Below, piece after piece: positions 1-11,200 of a stretch of 64,000 nucleotides of DNA. The notes beneath the pieces are model-generated. The model searched no databases and was not told the DNA's origin. It was given only the letters and a program-made list of their open reading frames with translations. A program made the translations under genes and the position numbers. Every line of letters begins with the position of its first letter. The stretch's first letter is position 1. This DNA comes from Eutreptiella sp. 'Long Island Sound 2002' (lineage: Eukaryota; Protista; Euglenida): positions 31,558,001-31,622,000 of the forward strand of contig OZ038379.1 in assembly GCA_964036045.1 (NCBI GenBank). Direction: 5' to 3'.

Positions 1-129
1 TCGGCGTTCTCAGCCATCCTTACCGCAGCTTCCCAAGGCCCCCGCACGGTCTTCAAGGACATGCGGGTGGCCATGGGTCGGCCCGTCCCGTGGCCATGCC
101 CCCGCCCGTGACCCGCCCTCGAACTCCCG

Positions 130-520
130 CGCCCGGGTCGTCCCGGTACAGCGCGCAGTCGTGCCGGGCCGCGCTCCTTGTCCGGCGGCGTCCTAAGTCG
201 GGGGTGATGCCCCAGGAGACCCATACCTTCTCAGCTCACGTTGATCTTGGAACGCTGACTCGGGTGGATCCAGGACAGTTCGGGGCAGTCGGTGGCCGGG
301 ACCGGAGAGCAGATCGGACCGTAGCGTTGTCGTACACCGACGTTGTGACCCAGACGGCCTGCTGGGAGGGGCGTTCTCAGGTGTGCGACGAGATTCGTCT
401 TACTCTAGCGGAGGTAAGACGGAGGACTCCCCCGGCAGAGCCTGCGTGGGGCCCCCGAGGGACGACGCCAAGGCTCACCGTACGTGGGACCGCGGCAGGC
501 GCTCCTCCTCCTCCTCCTCC
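130..520 (+). repeat. ~390-bp segment duplicated at ~2245-2637, each copy followed by (CCT)n and the 46-bp satellite
   Basis: Long near-identical stretches (AAGTCGGGGGTGATGCCCC...GGCGCTCCTCCTCC). Contains the hairpin CGTCTTAC...GTAAGACG. Confidence 0.85.
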
Positions 521-535
521 TCCACGGCCCACTGA

Positions 536-960
536 CCCCGGGCAATGTGGCAGTGCATATCAGGAGTTCCACCGCCCACTGCCCCCGGGCAGTGAAGCCG
601 TGCATTGCAAGAGTTGCACCGCCCACTGCCCCAGGCAGTGTAGCAGTGCATTGCACGAGTTGCATTGCCCACTGCCCCCAGGCAGTGTGGAACTGCATTG
701 CAGGAGTTGCACTGCCCACTGCCCCCGGGCAGTGTGGTAGTGCATAGCACAAGTTCCACCTCCCACTGCCCCGGGCAGTGTGGCAGTGCATTGCAGGAAT
801 TGCACTGCCCATTGCCCCCGGCTGGCAAGGCAGTGCATCACAGGAGTTCCCTTACCTACCACCTCCAGTGAGGCAGTGCATTGGCGGAGTTCCACTGCCC
901 ACTGCCCCCAAGCAGTGTGGCTGTGTGTAGTAGGAGTCCCACTACCCACTGCCCCCGCCT
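536..960 (+). repeat. ~46-bp self-complementary satellite (GGCAGTG..GCAGTGCATTGCAGGAGTTCCACTGCCCACTGCCCC)
   Basis: Tandem units visible directly. Confidence 0.9.
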
Positions 961-1359
961 CGTCGAGCCGGGCCCACCCCGCCCGCCACCCGTCCAGGGC
1001 TCCTCCCTGGGCTAGAGGTGCAGCCTGTGAGGGGCAGAAGCACCACTGCCATACACAGTGCACCTCCTCGATGTCTGGTGGCCTGGCACCAGTATAAAAA
1101 CCCTCAGGATGGTAGCTGTGGGACGGGTTGCCCACACGCACAGCCAGGCAACGGCCGCGTCACCTCACCTCACCTCACCTCACACCGCCTCACCTCACCT
1201 CACCTCCGAGTCAGCCCAGGCCCCACCCCTGCCACCCCCTGAGGGCACCCCCCGAGGGAGAACGGTACTGTGCTGTGAGGGACAGACACTCTCCCCTGTC
1301 GGCCCCCCCAGCCGCCCACGCTCGCCCACGCTCTCCCTTCATGCGCCGACTCACTGGCA

Positions 1360-2130
1360 GGGTACCACCGTGGTGCCACCGACGAATGCGTGCGCCGCCG
1401 TGGCGCAATTTTTGGGGTAGAGCGCCATCGTGGCACTGCCAGACAGCCCCACGCCGCCGTGGTGCCAGTCCAGTGGCGGAGCGCCATCGTGGTGCCGCCG
1501 GCGTACGCGTGCGCCACCGTGGTGCAGCCAGCGTACAGGTATGCCATTGCTGCGCCTCCTCTAGGGCCGTGCGACACTGTGGCGCCACCCGGAGGGCAGT
1601 GCGCCAATGTGACCCCAACACAGTGGCAGGGCACCACCGTGGTGCCGCCAACGTATGTGCGCCATCGTGGCGCAAACCTCAGGGCAGAGCGTCACCGCGG
1701 CGCTGCCCAGACAGCCTTGCGCCGACGTGGCGCCAGTTCAGTGACATGGCACCGCCGCGGTGCAGTCAACGTCCGCATGCGCCGTCGTGGCGCAACCTTC
1801 AGGGCAGAGCGCCACCGTGGTGCTGCCCAAACGGTCTTCGTGCGCCAGCCTGGCCATGGTGTATCCTCCAGGCCGATACACGAGGCACCATGGCGAGGTC
1901 TGCACCTGGCGCTCCGCCAACCTCGGTGACACCCCGTGCAGAGGTGACGTGTCATCGGCGGTACTCACCGCCTCACGTGCCATCGGCGAACGTCGCCGTC
2001 TCGCTCGGGCACCATCGTGGTGCCATTTTCTCGGTCACGTGCCGTCTCGGTGCACGTATCGTAGGGCTCGTCGTTTGGGCTCGGCCTTTGCGGCCGGGCG
2101 TCGTCGGTGACCTCCACGGCGGTGCACCAC
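1360..2130. repeat. 30-bp-period array: 15-bp palindrome GCRCCA-NNN-TGGYGC plus ~15-bp linker
   Basis: About 17 regularly spaced palindromes to ~1860, degenerate beyond. Linkers recur as a higher-order repeat. Confidence 0.85.
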
Positions 2131-2639
2131 CGTGGTGCTATGGCCGTGACGCACGTCCCGCACTCACAGAACCCGGGGGTACCCAGGCCACCGGCGGTGC
2201 GCGTGATCGTGTGGCGTGACCATACTCGCGACGCCGGCGGTACTCGGCCCGCCGGTAGTGCGCATAGTCGTGCTGGGCCGCGTTCTATTTAGCCCGGCGA
2301 CGTTTTCAAGTCGGGGGTGATGCCCCGGAAGACCCACACCTTCCGCTCACGTTGATCCTGGGACGCTGCCTCGGGTGGACCCAGGACAGTTCGGGGCGGT
2401 CGGTGGCCGGGACCGTAGAGCAGATCGGACCGTAGCGTTGTCGTACACCGGCGCTTTGACCCAGACGGCCTGCTGGGAGGGGCGTTCTCAGGTGTGCGAC
2501 GAGATTCGTCTTACTCTAGCGGAGGTAAGACGGAGGACTCCCTCGGCTGTGCCTGCGTGGGGCCCCCGGGGGACGACGCCACGGCTCACCGTACGTGGGA
2601 CCACAGCAGGCGCTCCTCCTCCTCCTCCTCCCCCCCCAC

Positions 2640-4082
2640 TGCCCCCAATCAGTGTGGAAGTGCATCGCAGGTGTTGCACTGCCCACTGCCCCTAGGAAGT
2701 GAGGCAGTGCATTGCAGGAGCTCCACTGCCCACTGCCCCCAGGTAGTGTGGAAGTGCATTGCGGGTGTTGCACTGCCCACTACCCCCACGCAGTGAGGCA
2801 GTGCATTGCAAGAGTTCCGCTGCCCACTGCCCCTAGGCAGTGTGGCAGTGTTGAGCAGGAGTTTCACTACCTAGTGCCTCCAGGCAGTGCTGCAGTGCAT
2901 TGCAGGTGTTGCATTGCCCATTGCCTCCGGGCAATGTGGCGGTGCATAGCAGAAGTTCCACTGCCCATTGTTCCCAGGCAGTGAGGCAGTGCAGTGCACG
3001 AATGCCAATGCCGACTGCCCCCAAGCAGTGAGGCAGTGCATTGCAGGACTCCCACTCCACTAAGCCCGGGCAATGTGGCAGTGCATATCAGGAGTTCCAC
3101 CGCCCACTGCCCCTGGGCAGTGAGGTCGTGCATTGCAAGAGTTCCACACTGCCCCCAGGCAGTGTAGCAGTGCATTGCACGAGTTGCATTGCCCCTTGCC
3201 CCCAGGCAGTGTGGAACTGCACAACAGGAGTTCCATTGCCCACTGCACCCAGGTAGTGAGGCAGTGCACTGCAGAAGTTCCACTGCCCACTGCCCCAAGG
3301 CAGTGAGCCAGTGAATTGCAGGAGTCCCACTGCCCACTGCCCCCACGCAGTGGGGCAGTGCATTGCAGGAGTTGCATTGCCCACTGCCCCCAGGCAGTGA
3401 GGCAGCGCATTGCAGGAGTTCCACTGCCCATTGCCCCTGGGCCGTCTGGCAGTGCATTGTAGGAGTTCTACTGCCCACTGCCCTTAGGCAATGCGGCGGA
3501 CAATTGCAGGAGTTCCACCGCCCCCTGCCCACAAGTAGTATGGCAGTGCATTGCAACGCTTCCACTGCCCACTGCCCACAAGTGCAGTGCAACACGGCAC
3601 ACATAGTGCAGTGCAATGCACGGTACCAAGCAGTGCAGCACAACACACCAAATACCAATAGTGCAGTGCAGCACACACGGTGCAGTGGGCCCAATAGGCC
3701 CTGTGTGACCGTGTACAGGCGTCGGCAGAGCAGCACCGGCCCATTGCAACCCTGCACTGGTCCAAATTGTTCAACAACACACTAGCACACAGCGCACACT
3801 TGGACACACAACCCTCTCGCTTACCTGTACCCGTGGGTAGACATCCCGGCCATTGCCTTTTGGTAACAGCGCCTTCGGCACACCACACCACACCACACCA
3901 CACCATACCACACCACACCACACCACACCACACCACACCACACCACACCACACCACACCACACCACACCACACCACACCACACCACACCACACCACACCA
4001 CACCACACCACACCACACCACACCACACCACACCACACCACACCACACCACACCACACCACACCACACCACACCACACCACA
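2640..4082 (+). repeat. Composite repeat: 46-bp satellite (2640-3595), ~290-bp unique segment, (CACCA)n (3881-4082)
   Basis: The same composite occurs inverted at ~36465-37830. Confidence 0.9.
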
Positions 4083-4994
4083 TAACCCATTCCGTGGGGT
4101 TCTCGGGTCCCCTTCCCACTCTCAGAGGGTTCCGCCTGGCATAGAGCACCACCCACAAGTATCGGCACAAAGGGGGGCAGGGGCCCGCATGGCCTAGTCT
4201 AGGGGGTCCTTGGGTCCCCTTCCTATTTGTTGGAGGGCTCACGGGGGGGTCGCCGGGCCCGGGTCCTTTACGCTGACCCCCCCCCCCCCCTTGGAAATTG
4301 GCACCGAAGTGCCGGACCATCGGCGCCAAGGGCGCCCTAAGGCAAATTTGCTTGAACCACTGGAGGGTCAAAAAATGGGTTTTCACCCGATGTGTCTATA
4401 CTCAAAATACTCAGTTTTTTCAGGAGAACCCAATGATGGATGAAAACCAATTTGGACCAAATATCAATACCACCCTTGTGCAAAGGTATGTCAGAGATGG
4501 CCCATACCCTAGTGGCTAAAGCAGTGCCTCTGCAACTGCAAGGTTATGTAAGGTCATGCAAGGTCAAGGCGACGTGCTCGAGTGTGGACCACCTCCGCAA
4601 ACCGACGAAAGCTTGTCGCCCTTGAGGACCTGTGGGGAATGGCACACACGTGATCCAGCATGTCTCAACCCCCTTAACTCTTACGCATTATAGGCTTGCC
4701 ATATGGCGTGGCGGTTTTGCCTACCGCATCAGAGAGCCCTCTGGTGTACGCATGTGAACTCTGGGTCTTTGCCATGTGCCCCGCGTTGCGGGGATCCACT
4801 GTGTCATATGCCGGAGACACCCACTTTCCCAAGCACAGTCTCGAGTACTCTTTGAACTTTTGGAGTCGGTCAAAAAAAAAAGTGCCTATGTAACAGCAAG
4901 GTCATGGGCCCAATCCCCAGTGGGGGCAATCTGCAGGACCTCAAACAGGGTCAGGGACAAGATGGAAAATTTTTTTTGTTTTTTTTTTGTGCTT

Positions 4995-5440
4995 TTGATG
5001 TTGTCCCCTTTGTTGGGGACCCCCGAGAATGCAGGGGTTATGTAGCATTTCCGCCCACTTGTGGGCCCCCCTAGAAAGCAGGGGTTAGGCAGCCAATTCT
5101 GATTTTGTCCCCCTTTGTTTGGGGATCCCTGAGAATGTAGGGGTTATGTAGCATTTCCACCCACTTGTGGCCCCCCTAGAAAGCAGGGGTTAGGCAGCCA
5201 ATTCTGATTTTGTCCCCCTTTGTTGGGGACCCCTTGCGAATGCAGGGGTTATGTAGCATTTCCGCCCACTTGTGGGCCCCCCGGAAGGCAGGGGTTAGGC
5301 AGCCAATTCTGATTTTGTCCCCCTTTGTTTGGGGATCCCCGAGAATGCAGGGGTTATGTAGCATTTCCACCCACTTGTGGGCCAATTCTGATTTTGTCCC
5401 CCTTTGTTTGGGGACCCCCTGAGAATGCAGCGGTTATGTA
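4995..5440 (+). repeat. ~105-bp tandem repeat (about 4 units plus an 80-bp variant)
   Basis: GAGAATG recurs at 5025, 5131, 5236, 5341 and 5421. Confidence 0.9.
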
Positions 5441-6035
5441 AAAAAACATAGTAAACAAAAGTACCACCTACCATCCCCCCCCCCCCCTGTTGCAATATTT
5501 TTTGCTCCTGCATCTGTACCTCAAAGTGATCATGGCAATGAGGCGGCCATTTCAAGCCATATATGTAGGGGTCCGGAGCCCCCCCGCCCCCTCTAGCTGG
5601 CCCCCTACCCCTGCCCCCCCAGACCCAGCCCCCCCCCCCCCCCCCACCCCCGCCCTGAAAGTGGCACCGAAGCGGGAAGGAGTCGGCGTATGGCCCATTG
5701 TCCTGACCCCCCCGTGGGAGGGCTCCGTCCGGCATAGGGCACCACCCACAAGTTCTGGTTCAAAGGGCCCGGGGGGGGGGGGGGGGGGGTAGCGTTCATC
5801 CTGCAATGGCAGCGCATCTTGCATTGGCAGGGCATCCTGCACTGGGCAGGGTATTCCACGCACCTGTTGAGCAGCGGGTGAGAGTGGGCATAGGGTGGGG
5901 GGAAAAGTAATGGGGCGGCTGTGGGGGGTCGCGGTAGCAGTTACGCGTTGGGGGGGGGGGGGGGGCAAGCCGGGCCACGGCGGTGGGCCCCGTGTGTGGG
6001 GAGGGCGCATGTGGGGGAGGGGCGCGGAGGCTGTG

Positions 6036-6250
6036 CCAGCCATCCTTGCTAGGGGTCGCTGGCTGTTCCCGAAGCCCAAGCGGCCGGTACTAGGGGGCCG
6101 CGGGATCCCCAGGGCTGGTGTTTGGCACTGGGGCGTGCGCACACCTGAAACTGTCAGTAAACCGCCCAAAGGGCGGTGCCCGGGCCCTGTCGTGTGGGGC
6201 TTCGCACCCGGCACCCAGCCCATGGGTAGAGCTGGGGAGTGCACATCACA
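6036..6250 (+). repeat. Dispersed ~200-bp repeat with a second copy at ~54079-54265, each followed by a pentamer microsatellite
   Basis: AGCCATCCTTGCTAGGGG...GGGGCTTCGCACCC...CCCATGGGTAGAGC.GGGGAGT is shared by both copies. Confidence 0.85.
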
Positions 6251-6413
6251 CCACACCTTACTATGGTACAGCACAGCACAACAAATCATGTTGCAACACA
6301 ACGAGACAGGATCCGACCGGACCGGACAGGACACAACGCAACACAACACAACAACTCAAGCTGCCCTGTTCTGACACCAACACAGCTCTTGCACCGTCTG
6401 CGCTTGTCTTCAG

Positions 6414-6739
6414 CCACTGTTTCTGGCCCCAAGATCTTCACCCGTACGTTGTTTGACCAATGCCCCCGACTGAGAGTTACGCTTCCGGAGTTGACGGAGG
6501 TGCTGAGGCGATTCCCGACAGAAGTTGTCCAGTGCTGTGGTGCCTGGTATTTCAATGAGGTGCGGCCCAGTCTTTCTTTTGTATTGCAGGCCTCCGCACC
6601 ATCTTTGGACCCGCACCTTCTGGGATCCAGCACGCCTCCACCCCCTGTTCCCCTTTGCCACCCCATCTCCTTGTTTTGCCGCAGAGGCTTTCAGACCGAT
6701 GACAACCCCGGATCGTGGGTACAGCTCAATTTTGAAAGG
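6414..6739 (+). CDS. Putative upstream exons of gene 1 (6414 or 6361-6559; 6695-6739), possibly a discoidin/F5-8C-like fragment
   Basis: GT-AG flanks and a phase-0 join give ...VVQCCGAWYFNE|TDDNPGSWVQLNFER, resembling the 'T.n.p.SW.qidf' strand of F5/8-type C domains. The link to exon 8296 is unresolved (candidate exon 7799-7927). Confidence 0.4.
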
Positions 6740-8295
6740 GTTGGGGGCTGCAGAGGGGGAGAGGGGCAGGCTGTGCACTGGAAGATGGTCTATTTCTTCA
6801 CAGGTGGGATGGCATGGGGGGATGTAGAGGGTTGTTGAGTGTTGTGGAGGAAAGGGGAAGCGCAGTCCCTGCCATGCAGGGGCACGATGCTACCGCTGAT
6901 TAGCGGTTGTGGAATGAAATGATTCTTGGAGGTCAGACCTGCATCAGGAGATTGCGTGGTGCACTGCCTCTGCGTTTCATGGTGATTCATCTTGTCCCTC
7001 CACTTCACAGCACGACGCACATAAATGCCAGTTTCTGGTTGGTGTTCCCCCCCCCCCCCCCCCAAGTGCAGCCGCCTTGTCAGGAGACGCCGTAGAAAGG
7101 GGGTGTCCTGTCCTTGGAAGCAGCGGCTGTGAAGGAAATTTATGGCCCCCCGCAACTCACACCACCTGATAACCGGATTGGCCCATGGGCACATATCGCC
7201 CACTTTTATGGCAGGATGGGCAACCGGGCGACAGTACATATTTGCCTTTGCACCTTTTTTGTGTCTTTTTGTACAATTTCACAGTGAGCGAAAGTGTTCG
7301 AGGGGTGTGCCGTACGTGATGAAGGGAGTGTCCCGGGAGGGAGGAGGGGCAGTCTCCAACATAAACACCATCGAGACCGATCAGCATGCGCGACGCGCTG
7401 ACCCCATGAGTCTGGATGCAGTGAAAGGGGACACCAGGAATGAATGGAACCCGACTGCAGCATCTACGCTACAGAGGTCCCAGGCAGTCCGAGGCACTAG
7501 AACTAGTATGGGCAAGCAGCCCGCGACCTCAAGCGATCTACCCTCGACGTGTTCTGGACATGCCATAGGCTCCATGCAATAGGACTGGGAGTGGCGATCG
7601 TCGCTATTGGACCCCCAAACCCGCTCCTATCACACGGGTCCTCCAAGCGGCATTGGCCCTGGCCAACTGTGAGGTGGCATCGGTTGTGGTTCAGCGCCGG
7701 TAGGGCAGCCCCGTTGGGTAGCACAGCGTACTCACCTACCTACCGTACCCACGTGTTCACCGTCTTTGCGGCGTCGACCGTTCAGCACCATGACACAGGG
7801 GGTTGCAGCAGGACACCATTACAGATGCCGGGTTGTCCATACCGATTCTGTGGCATTCTGCCCGCCAGAAACTTGGGCTAACGCCATTTCCCAGGATTTT
7901 GTCAGTTCCGCCACGCAGCAACGGCCCGTAAGTGGCACACCAGATCATCGGTGGACATTCTTTTGGGTCTAAAACACTGAGAAACCGGTGCTCACAGCAA
8001 TGTCTTCATGGACCACATGAGAAATGTTGACGGACGTGCCCTCAGCACTGCAACATTCCACAAAAGTATGGCAGTCTCCCTCTCACGATGATTCTGAGGC
8101 CAAAACTGTCGCTTGTTTCCTGCATCTTCAATGACGCATTTGTGCCTTTCCTTTTGAGACATTCCCCTGCCTGATCCCTGGCACCTCCCCGACCCCGTCA
8201 CTGCCCTGCCCGGCCCCTGCACTCCTGACCCCGTCCTCGCCCCTCTGGACCCCTCACACCCACTCTCTACTTCCGTCGGTTTGTCGCTGTTGCAG

Positions 8296-11200
8296 TCCGC
8301 CGTGGTTTGGAATGAGCAGCAGCTCGCCGACATTCGCAAAGGCCGGACGGTTGCACAGAAGGTATCCGTTGGTCGGGACCATGCAGGGTGGCGGAGATGG
8401 TGCACATGAAGGGGATGCGCCGGACCTGGGAACCTGTAGTGCTGCGTGTGGTGCGTAATGTGTTGTGTGCGGGGTTTGTTGTGTATTTTCTACGCACCCA
8501 ACTGTGACTGTGTCCTATCACTCCCCTTACTCACACGGCATCTCGCATCCATCCTCTGGATATTGCACACAGGATTTAGCATGTGTGTTGTGATACATCT
8601 TATGTGAGAGTGGGTGTGTGGTGTGTTGCATAGAGTCTATTGTGTGGTGTGTGCATGTGCCGCACAGAGTGCACCTTGCAACGATCTGGTGCTCAGCGCA
8701 TGCTATGCCCCCGACACCCAAGACCCCCCGCTGCAAGCCTTTGCCATGCGAACCAGACAGCCAAACGCTCGGTGCATGCAGACATCCTTCTCCACGAAAC
8801 GTAAGCCCTCCATGGCAAGCGGCAAGCACGCGTGCTGCAGACACCACGGCCGACACGTGTGCCACACCACCCCAACCGATTGAGCCCCGCCACCCCTGGC
8901 CCCCACCGCAAGCTCCTCCTGCCTCGCCGCCCCCAGTGCCAGAGCCAGCCCCCCCCCCCCCCCCCTCCCCGCCACAAGTGGACTACACAACCCGACCCAC
9001 AACCCCCCCCTCCCCCATCAGCAGTATCCATGTATCAACGACAATCCCTTCGGCACAGGCATTCCGCCTCCTATGCAACCGGACCATTGCACAGGTGCAC
9101 AGAGGGCATTGTTCAGGCCAGTAGATGCTCGGGACCTAAAAGTGACCCACCTCCTGCACAGTGGAAACTCTGACCCCCTGACCATGTGGCCCTTTAGGCT
9201 GACAGTGCCGACCAGGAGCCGCGGAGGCGCGAAGTGGACATGCTGGAGGAGGAGCAGGTCCGGGAGGAGAAAAAGCTGCAGAAGAAGCGCAACCGTGAGC
9301 ACCGCAAGGAGGTGATTGAGAAGGTGAAGGAGGAGATCGGCTCTGCCGAAGTGCTGAAGGTTTGTCCGCGCCCGCGAGGCCAATGTCTTTTTCGAGCGCC
9401 AGCACAATGGACAACCGAGCCAGTGTTTCGGGTAGTTTGCAGCCCATTTGTTCCCTTTTGTGAATCCCACGCATCCCAATGAATTGAACATTGTACATTA
9501 ATGAATCCCGACATAAAATGGTATGTGCACGAACATGGGCTGTGGTTGTGATCAGTCCAAAGGGTTCTGGCCGATGATGATTTTGCCTGTGGCCAGACAT
9601 GTGAAAACACGTCTGTCGCTGACTGCAACTGGGCGCACTGTGTTGTTCACTGTGTGTGTCTCCATGTGCATCCCATGTGGAAAGTGTATGTGCACGAATG
9701 AATCCCACAAACAAACAAATATGAATTCACAAGAATAGGGACGCAAACCAACCAACTCACTGGCACAGTCTCGATGTTGTTTGTTGTTGCGCTGCGGGTG
9801 GCTGCCTTTCTGGGGGTTTTCCTCTTTAAAGAGGACACCGGAAAAGGCGTGTGCAGCGGTGCGGGCCTGTTCGTATCAAGTCCATGTGTTGGTGCGCTGT
9901 GTTGCTGCCAATGTACCGCAGGCTGTGGCCGGCAAAAAGGTGGAGACGAGACGCGAGTCGGATATGTTGGAGGAGCGGCTGCTGGCAGAGGAGCGGAAAC
10001 GGAAGCGGGAGCAGGAGGAGGAGTACAAACAGGAGCTTGTCAAGAAGGCCAAGCAATTGCTGACGGATTCGGATTACAAGGTCGCCTGTCCGTAGGGAGA
10101 GTGTTCGACCGGCGCACGTACGGCGGGCAACATGTTCAGCAACTTCCTAGAAATGATGCCATGCCACACCAATCCCGGCCAGGGCAATTCCTTGCATCCC
10201 GTGGACGTGCGTAGTGTGATATGGGGATCATTTTCAATCGTCGGTCGTTCTGTATCCAAACTGCCTGCGACCCCTTCAAGCAAAGGCGAGGGTGGGGTCA
10301 GATACCCTGCACCCCCCTCCCGCCGTGTTGTGCGTGAAGGGGGACCCAGGCCCATTCAAAATGCCAAGTGAGTAAAGATGAAGCACGCGAATGCCCCTTT
10401 CCTCTTTGTGTCGCAGGCACCAGAAGAGCCCGCCGCTTCATCCGCTGCAGACGCTACTGCACCCGCAGCAGACACTACTGACGCTACTGCGCCTCCGCCA
10501 GAAACTGCACCCACCGCAGAGGCCACCGAATCTGCAGCAGACAGCGTCGCACCGGAAGAGGAAAAGGCAGAGGCGGAAGCAGAGGCGGAGCCGGAGGCAG
10601 AGGCAGAGGCTATGGATGCGGACGAGGCTCCGGCGCATTCTGCAGATGACTACATGGCAGAAGGTATCGATCCGGCTGTCCTCGGCCCGTTGCAGCCTGC
10701 ACGCTACCCCATGGATATGCTGAGTGCTTGCCTCCGGGTCAGAGGCCAGAAAAGAGTTTGTGTCCCGGTAAGAGGCCTCAAATTTTTGGATTTCTGTCGT
10801 AATTTTCATCTGCCCACTGGAGGAAAATTGCGTCGGTTGCTGGTCTGGCCTGGCGGGTGGGTCCTGTAACTCAGCCCCCACCCCCACCCCCATTGGCCGT
10901 CGCTAAGCACATCTCTGGCACTGCCAGTTCACTCTTCCCTGGGACATTGTTTCTTTGCGTTGAGCACCCTCTGCAGTGCCATCCCTTAAAGTGGAGCAGG
11001 TGTGAGGGGGGCTGAAGGCACACAGTTTTGGTCATCCAGGGCAGGGGCCAAGTGCACAGCGTGATGCGTTTTGGCCCCCTTATCTCCGCCCTCCCCTGAG
11101 GACCGCTCTCCGTCGCCTGGGATCTCAGAGTGCACCGACCCCACAATCAAGGATGCATGCCCCAGCCTTTGGCCGAAGGAGCGTTGCACCTTCCGTAGAC

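Noticed and set aside
130-520. rRNA or snRNA fragment in the duplicated segment
   Set aside because: No conserved rRNA, snRNA, SL-RNA or Pol III motif was recognisable on either strand.
1360-2130. CRISPR array
   Set aside because: Repeats are only 15 bp, the linkers recur periodically instead of being unique, there are no cas genes, and the context is eukaryotic.
3767-4197. HHTTP / VVWCG repeat proteins
   Set aside because: They are translations of the (CACCA)n microsatellite. The same applies to HHITS at 54239-54845 and to ORFs in the 46-bp and 90-bp satellites.
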